56,979 nt of DNA, taken from Candidatus Doudnabacteria bacterium (GTDB taxonomy: Bacteria; Patescibacteriota; Doudnabacteria; UBA920; O2-02-FULL-48-8). A program made the translations under genes and the position numbers. Position 1 is the first letter of the stretch, and each line of letters starts with the position of its first letter. The DNA is taken from contig JANWIA010000025.1 in the NCBI GenBank assembly GCA_025450105.1, positions 1-56,979 on the forward strand. The letters are read 5' to 3'. The notes beneath the pieces were generated by a model. That model saw only the letters and a list, made by a program, of their open reading frames with translations. It searched no databases and was not told where the DNA came from. Positions 9,388 to 15,887 of the stretch are shown here, piece after piece.

Positions 9388-9430
9388 GAGGTGCTTGTGT
9401 CCAGTGAGACACAAGCACCTCTTTATTTTT
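9388..9430 (+). terminator. rho-independent terminator
   Basis: Perfect 14-bp stem gaggtgcttgtgtc/gacacaagcacctc with a 6-nt loop, then tttattttt. Confidence 0.75.
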
Positions 9431-9475
9431 AATTGAAACTTTTCCAACAAAAAAATCCGTCGAAGAATCGACAGA

Positions 9476-9496
9476 TTTTTTTGGCAGGGGCGGTAG
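9476..9496 (-). repeat. copy of the tRNA-Trp 3' end (15 nt) plus the adjoining T/A run
   Basis: tttttttggcaggggcggtag is identical at 9476-9496 and 9606-9626. Each copy is preceded by its own, non-identical terminator hairpin. Confidence 0.8.
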
Positions 9497-9611
9497 TCCC
9501 GCCATTCGGCGGGATTTCGTCTTTAATATAATATTGTCCTTAAGTATCGAGCCAGAGTATTCGATTCTTCTTACCCACAAAAAAAGTCGACGATAAATCG
9601 TCAACTTTTTT

Positions 9612-9685
9612 TGGCAGGGGCGGTAGGAATCGAACCTACGCTAACGGTTTTGGAGACCGTAGTACTACCATTATACGACGCCCCC
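9612..9685 (-). tRNA. tRNA-Trp (CCA), CCA end encoded
   Basis: Reverse complement GGGGGCGTCGTATAATGGTAGTACTACGGTCTCCAAAACCGT...GTAGGTTCGATTCCTACCGCCCCTGCCA. Confidence 0.9.
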
Positions 9686-9713
9686 ATACTAAACATAGGA
9701 GGGCTAATCTTTC

Positions 9714-9872
9714 CTATTTTTTAGTTTCTTTGTGCTCTTGATGCTTCTTGCACCATTTGCAAAACTTCTCCATTACCAAGCGATTGGTGTTGAGCTTCTT
9801 GTTCTTTCGGCTGTGGTAGTTGAGATGATGACATACTGTGCATTCCAGCATTATCAAATTATCTTGTGACAT
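9714..9872 (-). CDS. rpmG: 50S ribosomal protein L33 (52 aa, missed by the ORF track)
   Basis: Hand translation MSQDNLIMLECTVCHHLNYHSRKNKKLNTNRLVMEKFCKWCKKHQEHKETKK. CxxC...CxxC zinc-ribbon L33 pattern, lying between tRNA-Thr and tRNA-Trp. Confidence 0.85.
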   Translation of the reverse strand: MSQDNLIMLECTVCHHLNYHSRKNKKLNTNRLVMEKFCKWCKKHQEHKETKK

Positions 9873-9906
9873 GTGTATTCTAAGTGATTAATATTTGAAT
9901 AGCTAA

Positions 9907-9982
9907 TGGAGCCGTTGACCGGAATTGAACCGGTGACCTACTCCTTACCATGGAGTTGCTCTACCAGCTGAGCTACAACGGC
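9907..9982 (-). tRNA. tRNA-Thr (GGU), CCA encoded
   Basis: Reverse complement GCCGTTGTAGCTCAGCTGGTAGAGCAACTCCATGGTAAGGAGT...GGTTCAATTCCGGTCAACGGCTCCA. Confidence 0.9.
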
Positions 9983-10009
9983 GTGTTTTTGTTTTTTATT
10001 GACTTGCAT

Positions 10010-10038
10010 ACTATAACAGAAATGCCTCATTTTATCAA
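10010..10038 (-). promoter_or_regulatory. sigma70-like promoter TTGATA-17-TATAGT for tRNA-Thr/rpmG/tRNA-Trp
   Basis: On the minus strand, the hexamers are at 10038-10033 and 10015-10010 with a 17-nt spacer. Confidence 0.5.
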
Positions 10039-10152
10039 CCCTATTAGGAATCATATATTCTGGAGCATTGACACAACCTGAAACTTGGCGTAAGCTTTTC
10101 AAGCCACAAACCGCAACAAACGCCAACAATCACGCAGGAATCGAGGTGAACG

Positions 10153-10413
10153 ATGAGACCCTACTTGGTGTACGACCAGTTCGAGAGGCTTCTGACGCAC
10201 GGCGGTGGCAACGGAGGAGGCTTCGGCCTTGCCGCTGGCCCCGGTCCCGAGGATGACGAACAGCAGGATCCGCAGGATCCACCGGAACTGCCGCAGGACG
10301 ATTCCGATATCCCGGAACCGGATCCCAACAAACCCGGCCAGGAACCCGAAGCCGATGACCTGGACGTCAATGACGACCAGGAAGACGACGTCAACGACGC
10401 CAAGGAGGACTAG
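10153..10413 (+). CDS. hyper-acidic low-complexity small protein (cassette C)
   Basis: 86 aa. The C-terminal 55 aa are almost all D/E/P/Q (EDDEQQDPQDPPELPQDDSDIPEPDPN...DDQEDDVNDAKED). GAGGTG SD before the ATG and a terminator after. Very G+C-rich by eye. Confidence 0.5.
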   Translation: MRPYLVYDQFERLLTHGGGNGGGFGLAAGPGPEDDEQQDPQDPPELPQDDSDIPEPDPNKPGQEPEADDLDVNDDQEDDVNDAKED

Positions 10414-10454
10414 CCAAAATATCGGCTAGAACGGATCGCAAGATCCACAAGACA

Positions 10455-10489
10455 AGAGACGAGACTGTTATGCAGTTTCGTCTCTTTTT
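10455..10489 (+). terminator. rho-independent terminator
   Basis: 13-bp stem agagacgagactg/cagtttcgtctct (one G-U pair) followed by a T-run. Confidence 0.65.
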
Positions 10490-10540
10490 GTTGGATAAAT
10501 GACTATATCTATATTATCCAATAGGGAGTATACTGCCTAT

Positions 10541-10903
10541 ATGACTGCTATAAACAAAGAGAAGGTTTACGACCAATTAAGAAGTTACCACGTGGATGCC
10601 TTTCCAGAGGTTATGTCCACTGATTTTATGACGACTTTGCGAGCGGAATTTGCCACCATCGAAGACGCATTCGTATCCATGATTTTAGGGTTGGTTAACG
10701 GCAAAACACTTTTCGTAGATTTTACTGACAAGCTCACTGCTTTCCAAAAAAGGATTGATGACAACGCCAGTGACCGTGCCGAAACAAAAGACCGCGAACA
10801 GTTTACCAGAAAAAATAAAATGCTTAACGAAATCATGATCTCGGCCCGTGATTATAACTTCCAGTTACACAGGGTCCGCATGGCCAAAGCCGCAAAGGCA
10901 TAA
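10541..10903 (+). CDS. hypothetical protein
   Basis: ORF 10499-10903. ATG 10541 is preferred because GGGAG lies 11 nt upstream. No recognised domain. Confidence 0.5.
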   Translation: MTAINKEKVYDQLRSYHVDAFPEVMSTDFMTTLRAEFATIEDAFVSMILGLVNGKTLFVDFTDKLTAFQKRIDDNASDRAETKDREQFTRKNKMLNEIMISARDYNFQLHRVRMAKAAKA

Positions 10904-10919
10904 TTTTGAATCAAATCAG

Positions 10920-10946
10920 CCACCTCGTCATTGAGGTGGTTTTTTG
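10920..10946 (+). terminator. rho-independent terminator
   Basis: ccacctc/gaggtgg stem followed by tttttt. Confidence 0.7.
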
Positions 10947-10947
10947 T
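10930..10947. repeat. 18-nt direct repeat, left copy (flanks the EEP gene)
   Basis: attgaggtggttttttgt is identical at 10930-10947 and 11767-11784. Confidence 0.8.
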
Positions 10948-10959
10948 TAAAATTAATTT

Positions 10960-11724
10960 ATGAAGATTATTACTCTTAACATTTGGGGTGGTAGAGCGGG
11001 CAAAGAAAAATTGCTTGAATTTTTTGATGATCAAAAAAATTCTGTGGACATCTTTTGTTTACAGGAAGTATGGTCAGCACCTTATGACCATATGGAGGGC
11101 CGAATCGCAGGTGGGGTTGGGCTAGCCAATGCTCAAATTATGGTCCATGGTTTACAGGAAATTACTAAAACTCTGTCTAACTTCAATGCATTTTTTAGAC
11201 CGCATCACGGAGATCACTATGGTCTTTTAATGCTCGTAAATAATACATTGCAGATTTTGGAGGAAGGAGAAATTTTTGTCTATAAACATAAAGGATTTGT
11301 ACCGGAAGGGGATTTAGGCGGTCATGGTAGGAATATACAGTACGTAAAACTACAAAGCCAAAATGGGATAATTAACATTATTAATTTTCATGGGCTTTGG
11401 AATGGCAAAGGTAAAACTGATTCTCATGATCGAATAGTTCAATCGCAAAAAATTTCTGATTTCATTAAAGATTTGAAAGGCAAAATTATTTTATGTGGAG
11501 ATTTTAATCTTTTGCCTGATACGCAAAGCATTAAAATTTTGGAGAATGCCGGGTTAAAAAATTTAATAAAGGAATATAATCTTACTTCTACGAGAACTTC
11601 ATATTACAATAAACCCGAAAAATTTGCCGATTATATTTTAGTCAGCTCACAAGTTGTTGTTAAAGAATTTAAAGTCCTTCCAGATGAAGTATCTGACCAC
11701 GCTCCCTTAATTATTGAAATCTAA
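10960..11724 (+). CDS. endonuclease/exonuclease/phosphatase (EEP) family protein
   Basis: MKIITLNIWGG..., CLQEV, GDFN, SDHAPL motifs characteristic of the EEP fold. AT-rich. Confidence 0.85.
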   Translation: MKIITLNIWGGRAGKEKLLEFFDDQKNSVDIFCLQEVWSAPYDHMEGRIAGGVGLANAQIMVHGLQEITKTLSNFNAFFRPHHGDHYGLLMLVNNTLQILEEGEIFVYKHKGFVPEGDLGGHGRNIQYVKLQSQNGIINIINFHGLWNGKGKTDSHDRIVQSQKISDFIKDLKGKIILCGDFNLLPDTQSIKILENAGLKNLIKEYNLTSTRTSYYNKPEKFADYILVSSQVVVKEFKVLPDEVSDHAPLIIEI

Positions 11725-11766
11725 TCATGCCAAAAGATAATTTTCGAATTAAATCATTGTCCTGGA

Positions 11767-11784
11767 ATTGAGGTGGTTTTTTGT
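11767..11784. repeat. 18-nt direct repeat, right copy
   Basis: Carries the 3' half of the 10920 terminator but lacks the complementary ccacctc arm. Confidence 0.8.
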
Positions 11785-11810
11785 CGGATAAGTAATCCAC
11801 AAGGTAAAAT

Positions 11811-11838
11811 ATTGACGGGTATTAAATAAGTAATATAC
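11811..11838 (+). promoter_or_regulatory. sigma70-like promoter TTGACG-16-TATACT
   Basis: Hexamers at 11811-11816 and 11833-11838. Confidence 0.45.
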
Positions 11839-11864
11839 TGTATACTTATTCTTAAAATAAAATT

Positions 11865-12185
11865 ATGTCCGAGTTAACAAAAGAATATTTTGATTCAAGT
11901 ATTAAAAATTTCGTTACAAAACGGGACTTTGAGGAAGGTCTGGAGAACCTTGTAACTAAGCCGGACTTTGAGGAAGGTCTGGAGAACCTTGTTAGTAAAG
12001 AGGATTTCCAAAATGGCTTGAAAAATTTAGCAACCAAAGTTGATCTCGAGGAAGGTCTAGAAGATCTGGCAATAATGGTTAATAAGGGATTTGTGGATCT
12101 CCAGAAGCGGCTTGATGTAAACGACCGGGTTAACACACTAGAAAGGGATATGAGAAATATTAAAGGTGCCTTAAGTATCTCTTAA
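11865..12185 (+). CDS. tandem-repeat coiled-coil protein
   Basis: Four 13-aa repeats of the form V(T/S)KxDFEEGLENL. C-terminal DRVNTLERDMRNIKG. Confidence 0.6.
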   Translation: MSELTKEYFDSSIKNFVTKRDFEEGLENLVTKPDFEEGLENLVSKEDFQNGLKNLATKVDLEEGLEDLAIMVNKGFVDLQKRLDVNDRVNTLERDMRNIKGALSIS

Positions 12186-12439
12186 TGAAAAAGAAAATTG
12201 AGCCATGGTTTATTTACATATTATCCGTTGACGGGAAGTTTTATACTGGAATTACAAAAGATTTACAGCGGCGATTGTTGCAGCATCAAAAAGGTAAAGG
12301 TGCCAAGTACACTCGCGGGCGGGGAGTGATTAAGATTTTATATTCAAAAAAGTACAAGAACCATCGTCTCGCCGCAATTAAAGAAACAGAAATAAAAAAG
12401 CTAACCCGCCCGGAAAAGAAATTGTATATCAAGAACTAA
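12185..12439 (+). CDS. GIY-YIG nuclease family protein (UPF0213/YhbQ-like)
   Basis: FIYIL...GKFYTGIT...RRLLQH...E motifs. TAATG coupling to the upstream repeat protein. Confidence 0.85.
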   Translation: MKKKIEPWFIYILSVDGKFYTGITKDLQRRLLQHQKGKGAKYTRGRGVIKILYSKKYKNHRLAAIKETEIKKLTRPEKKLYIKN

Positions 12440-12443
12440 AAAA

Positions 12444-12466
12444 CCGACCAGGTGGTCGGCTTTTTT
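12444..12466 (+). terminator. rho-independent terminator
   Basis: ccgacc/ggtcgg stem flanked by an A-run and a T-run. Confidence 0.7.
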
Positions 12467-12519
12467 GTTTTAAGGAAAAATGCTATTCTCTAGCAACGGT
12501 ACACTTTGAAGGAGGCTGC

Positions 12520-13326
12520 GTGGTTAAAGTTGTATACATGGAAGCGGTTCCGCACTACTACGACCTCTTTTGGAGGTCTAGAGAAATGTTGCTTGGGGCA
12601 AGCATCCACAAAAAGGTGATTCCGGAGGTTTTTGGGTTAGTAACTCCGAAGTCCCCAGTGGTAATTCACCTGCAAGAGACCCTCAAGCTGGGTGAGTTCC
12701 GAAGCGACCCTGACAGTGGGTTTGGGTTTTCGGAAGCGGACATGGTCCGTTTGGTATCTCAACCTGAGAAGGACTATGTTCGTTACGCTTTGAATTTCCC
12801 ACAACCCAAGAAAAGTGCGAAGGGCAAGGAAATTAATCAACGACCGGCAACGCAAGTTTCGGCGACACTGCAGGTACTACTTTCGTCTTTATTTTGTGTC
12901 AGAGAATCTCCTGACACAAAACAGATCCAGTTGGCGACCTACGAGTTGGCTTACGCCGGACGGTCAATGCATGGATTTCCACTTTGGGGGCAGTTCAGCG
13001 TAGAATTGTCGAGGTGGATTGCATCGTTCGGCGATCACGAGTTCGAGAACGTTAAAAAGGAGATGCAAAGGATTTTCAAGACGGTGTTTTCCTTTTCCGA
13101 TCGTTATCAAGCGACTGGTGCAAGTGATGGCAGGTTCCATTTTTCCGTTCCGGGGCAATGTGCTTGCCTTGGTCCGGATGGGGGAGAATCAAGAAATCTT
13201 TCAGAAGGAATGGGTTACCAGTACGGTTCGCACAACGTCGATGGTCCGGTTCAACAGCTGGTGTTGTTAGTGGGCGTCATCACTTTAGTAAAGGAGGCAT
13301 CAAAAGCAATCAACAAACGGGAGTAA
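12520..13326 (+). CDS. hypothetical 268-aa protein (cassette D, gene 1)
   Basis: GTG start 5 nt after GAAGGAGG (12508-12515). No recognised domain. Looks G+C-richer than its neighbours by eye. Confidence 0.55.
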   Translation: MVKVVYMEAVPHYYDLFWRSREMLLGASIHKKVIPEVFGLVTPKSPVVIHLQETLKLGEFRSDPDSGFGFSEADMVRLVSQPEKDYVRYALNFPQPKKSAKGKEINQRPATQVSATLQVLLSSLFCVRESPDTKQIQLATYELAYAGRSMHGFPLWGQFSVELSRWIASFGDHEFENVKKEMQRIFKTVFSFSDRYQATGASDGRFHFSVPGQCACLGPDGGESRNLSEGMGYQYGSHNVDGPVQQLVLLVGVITLVKEASKAINKRE

Positions 13327-13368
13327 TCCCGAACGGTCGTGGTAAGTCCGCGGCCGTTTTTGTTTGCA

Positions 13369-13419
13369 CTGTCCAAATCGTTTTGCCAAAAAATATAAAA
13401 TTGTATATTGTTTGGACAG
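13369..13419 (+). promoter_or_regulatory. promoter TTGCCA-17-TATTGT bracketed by a 9-bp inverted repeat
   Basis: ctgtccaaa (13369-13377) / tttggacag (13411-13419). Hexamers at 13383-13388 and 13406-13411. Confidence 0.4.
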
Positions 13420-13457
13420 CGTAATCATGGGTAGACTGAAGGGTAGGTAGGAGGAAT

Positions 13458-13778
13458 ATGGATCAACCGTCACTTGCCCAATTTTTGGGACTCGTCGATC
13501 CTCACAAGAAATTCGATCGCAAGGAGGTAATAAAGGTTCTTCAGCCATGGTTGGATAAGGACTTTGGACCGGTCGCCAACCTCTTTCTGAGTGAGATCTG
13601 GCGCCGCATCTGCGAATCGAAGGAACCGTTCTGCAACATGATCGGTTTGCGCATGGACATGGACAACGTCATGCGAGGCTTGGATCGGCATCAGTTCCGG
13701 GCAGTATTGGCATTCGGCCTCAAGGTACTCGATCTCATCGATGAACTCGAGGCAATACACCCGGAAACCGTGCACTAA
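13458..13778 (+). CDS. hypothetical 106-aa protein (cassette D, gene 2)
   Basis: ATG preceded by GTAGGAGGAAT and followed by a strong terminator. No recognised domain. Confidence 0.5.
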   Translation: MDQPSLAQFLGLVDPHKKFDRKEVIKVLQPWLDKDFGPVANLFLSEIWRRICESKEPFCNMIGLRMDMDNVMRGLDRHQFRAVLAFGLKVLDLIDELEAIHPETVH

Positions 13779-13821
13779 TCGTCGGGAAGGATGTTCAAAA
13801 CATGATCCCCAGCGGAATTCA

Positions 13822-13858
13822 AGTGGAAACAGTACCTCTCAACTGTTTCCACTTTTTG
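13822..13858 (+). terminator. rho-independent terminator
   Basis: Perfect 11-bp stem agtggaaacag/ctgtttccact followed by ttttt. Confidence 0.75.
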
Positions 13859-14020
13859 TTTGCCCAAATTTTTCAATTCCTAAGGATTCCGAATAGGGGT
13901 TTGACAAAAACTAGCTTAATCATTGGGTTTTTGCTATACTGGTTTACAGATTGTTAATAACTATTAAGCACCCTTACTTGCCGCCCCTGGAAACAAGGGC
14001 AAAAACGCAAATAAGGGCCT

Positions 14021-14317
14021 ATGAAGGACAATATGGCTAAAGGAATGACCAAGTCCGAGACCTTAACGGCATTGGCCGAAAAGCTCGGCAAAAGCCGCAA
14101 AGAAGTGGCTGAAATGTTGGACGCTGTCGTGAATCTTGCCTACGAAGAGGCAAAGAAGAGCGGAGAATTCACCATCCCGGGCCTCGGTAAGCTCTTGAAA
14201 AAGCACCGTGAAGCACGCATGGGCCGAAACCCAGCAACTGGCGAACAAATCAAAATCCCAGCAAAGACAGTTGTAAAGTTCCGTGTTGCAAAAGCTGCAA
14301 AAGATTCAATTCTCTAG
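14021..14317 (+). CDS. hup: HU/IHF-family DNA-binding protein
   Basis: ...FTIPGLGKLLKKHREARMGRNPATGEQIKIPAKTVVKFRVAKAAK, the HU beta-arm signature. The true start may be ATG 14033 or 14045. Confidence 0.9.
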   Translation: MKDNMAKGMTKSETLTALAEKLGKSRKEVAEMLDAVVNLAYEEAKKSGEFTIPGLGKLLKKHREARMGRNPATGEQIKIPAKTVVKFRVAKAAKDSIL

Positions 14318-14327
14318 TAAGTTCAAG

Positions 14328-14352
14328 AAAGCACCTTAATTGGTGCTTTTTT
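14328..14352 (+). terminator. rho-independent terminator after HU
   Basis: agcacc/ggtgct stem followed by tttttt. Confidence 0.7.
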
Positions 14353-14363
14353 GTTAAAGTTGC

Positions 14364-14392
14364 TTGACCAAACAGCGTAAATCTGATATAAT
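14364..14392 (+). promoter_or_regulatory. near-consensus promoter TTGACC-17-TATAAT
   Basis: Hexamers at 14364-14369 and 14387-14392. Confidence 0.55.
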
Positions 14393-14541
14393 TAAGAAGT
14401 AAGTTCAACAAATGCGAAATCAAACCTCAATTTATCAATTCCGAACCACTTAAAGCACTTCAGGCGCGAGTGGTTTTTATTTTTCTCTTCAATTTAAACC
14501 TAATGTGAGAATCCGCCGTAGCCTTGGCGGAGGCGGATATC

Positions 14542-14982
14542 ATGAAAACAAAGCTTCAGAAAATTTTCATAACCACTAAAAAGCAGTTCGAGGTCATTGA
14601 TATTACCGAGGAAGTGATTGAGGCAGTGGTCAATTCGAAAGTCAACGAGGGTCAGGTCACGGTTTTTGCGCCGCATACAACAGCATCCATTCGATTAAAT
14701 CATAATGAACCTTTGTTAATCCAGGACATTATGAAAATGCTGTACCGTATTGCTCCCGTTGATATTAATTATTCGCATGATATTTTTGAGATCCGGCAAA
14801 ATGTTGACGCAAACGAGAGGTCTAACGGCCATGCTCATGTCAAAGCATTTTTACTAGGCTCATCAGAAACCATTCCAATCCAAAAGGGAAAAATCGTTAA
14901 GGGTGAAAAGCAAAGTATCTTTTTGGTGGAATTTGACGGCGGACGCGACCGAACGATAGTAATTCAGGTAATGGGAGAATAG
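14542..14982 (+). CDS. YjbQ/UPF0047 family protein (secondary thiamine-phosphate synthase-like)
   Basis: ...TASIRLNHNEP...GHAHVKAFLLGSSETIPI...G(E)KQSIFLVEFDG family pattern. ATG 14542 has GGAGG 7 nt upstream. Confidence 0.85.
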   Translation: MKTKLQKIFITTKKQFEVIDITEEVIEAVVNSKVNEGQVTVFAPHTTASIRLNHNEPLLIQDIMKMLYRIAPVDINYSHDIFEIRQNVDANERSNGHAHVKAFLLGSSETIPIQKGKIVKGEKQSIFLVEFDGGRDRTIVIQVMGE

Positions 14983-15087
14983 TGTTCATTAACTTTGTTT
15001 CCAAATTATTGGAAAATTTAATTAGGTCGAGAATCCAATCATAACTGGATCTCCGGTTTATTAGCCGGAGGAGGGGAATGGAAGGGG

Positions 15088-15774
15088 GTGACTAAAATGC
15101 CAAATGTTTATGTAGATACCCTAAGATTGTCATGGGACAACGTCTGGGCGAAGTTTGTTAATTTTTTACCAAACTTTATCGTTGCAGCAGTTGTTCTTAT
15201 CGTCGGTTGGGTTATCGCCGTTGCCTTAGCGAAATTAATCAAATCAGTTTTGATGTCCGCTAAGATCGATGAAGTTGGGGAAAAAATGGGTATGGACCAA
15301 CTTTCAGCACGCAGCGGGGTTAAGCTCACGATTTCTGGAGCCCTTTCTTGGTTGTTTAAGTGGTTCGCATTAATCGTAGTTTTCCTAGCCGCATCTGATA
15401 TCTTGGGCTTGGATCAGGTTTCTGATTTCTTGGATCAAGTTTTGCTTTACATTCCTAAGGTTGTTGCCGCAGCCGCCATTCTTTTGGTTGGTATGCTTGT
15501 AGCACGTTTCTTGGGAAAACTAGTTCGAGCAAGCGTCCAAGCTGCAGGTCTTACGTCTGCTGATCTCTTGGGTTCTGTAACCCAGTGGGCAGTCACAGTC
15601 TTCGCAGTTTTAGCCACTTTGAGCCAACTCAATGTTGCTAAGAGTTTCGTTGACACCTTGTTCACCGCTTTTGTATATATGTTAGCTATCGCCGGAGGCC
15701 TCGCCTTTGGTCTTGGTGGTAAGGATCATGCATCAAAAGTTCTCGACAAAATCGAGCGCGATATCAAATCGTAA
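15088..15774 (+). CDS. membrane protein with conserved TM-helix repeats (MscS-related type)
   Basis: Four or five hydrophobic helices with a repeated LAKLIKSVL / LGKLVRASV pattern. Start is GTG 15088 or ATG 15097. Confidence 0.65.
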   Translation: MTKMPNVYVDTLRLSWDNVWAKFVNFLPNFIVAAVVLIVGWVIAVALAKLIKSVLMSAKIDEVGEKMGMDQLSARSGVKLTISGALSWLFKWFALIVVFLAASDILGLDQVSDFLDQVLLYIPKVVAAAAILLVGMLVARFLGKLVRASVQAAGLTSADLLGSVTQWAVTVFAVLATLSQLNVAKSFVDTLFTAFVYMLAIAGGLAFGLGGKDHASKVLDKIERDIKS

Positions 15775-15800
15775 TTTAATTACGTAAAATAGTTCTTTCG

Positions 15801-15840
15801 ACCGCTCTTATTGAAGTGATTCAAGAAGAGCGGTTTTGTT
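15801..15840 (+). terminator. rho-independent terminator
   Basis: accgctctt/aagagcggt 9-bp stem followed by ttttgttt. Confidence 0.7.
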
Positions 15841-15848
15841 TTGGCAAA

Positions 15849-15887
15849 TAAAAAACGGCTGTTGGAGTTTGGGGCTCCAACAGCCGT
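15849..15887 (-). terminator. terminator of the nuclease gene
   Basis: Perfect 13-bp stem acggctgttggag/ctccaacagccgt, followed by a T-run on the minus strand. Confidence 0.7.

Noticed and set aside
9170-9430. G+C-rich terminated transcript considered as RNase P RNA, SRP RNA, tmRNA or 6S RNA
   Set aside because: It has no GAGGAAAGUCC-type P4 motif, no SRP helix-8 GGAA/AGCA motif, no tRNA-like ends or tag ORF, and it is too short. A well-placed SD and GTG favour a small CDS. This still needs a covariance-model scan.
10161-10403. 80-aa Ser/Gly-rich minus-strand ORF opposite the acidic protein
   Set aside because: The plus strand has the SD, an ATG and a downstream terminator. The minus frame is a complement artefact of GAN/GAC-rich codons.
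13470-13775. 101-aa minus-strand ORF opposite the 106-aa cassette D gene
   Set aside because: The SD (GTAGGAGG) and the terminator orientation both support the plus strand.
13902-13942. TTGACA...TATACT upstream of HU as a standard -35/-10 promoter
   Set aside because: The spacer is 28 nt. Only the extended -10 (TGcTATACT) is plausible, so it is not listed as a feature.
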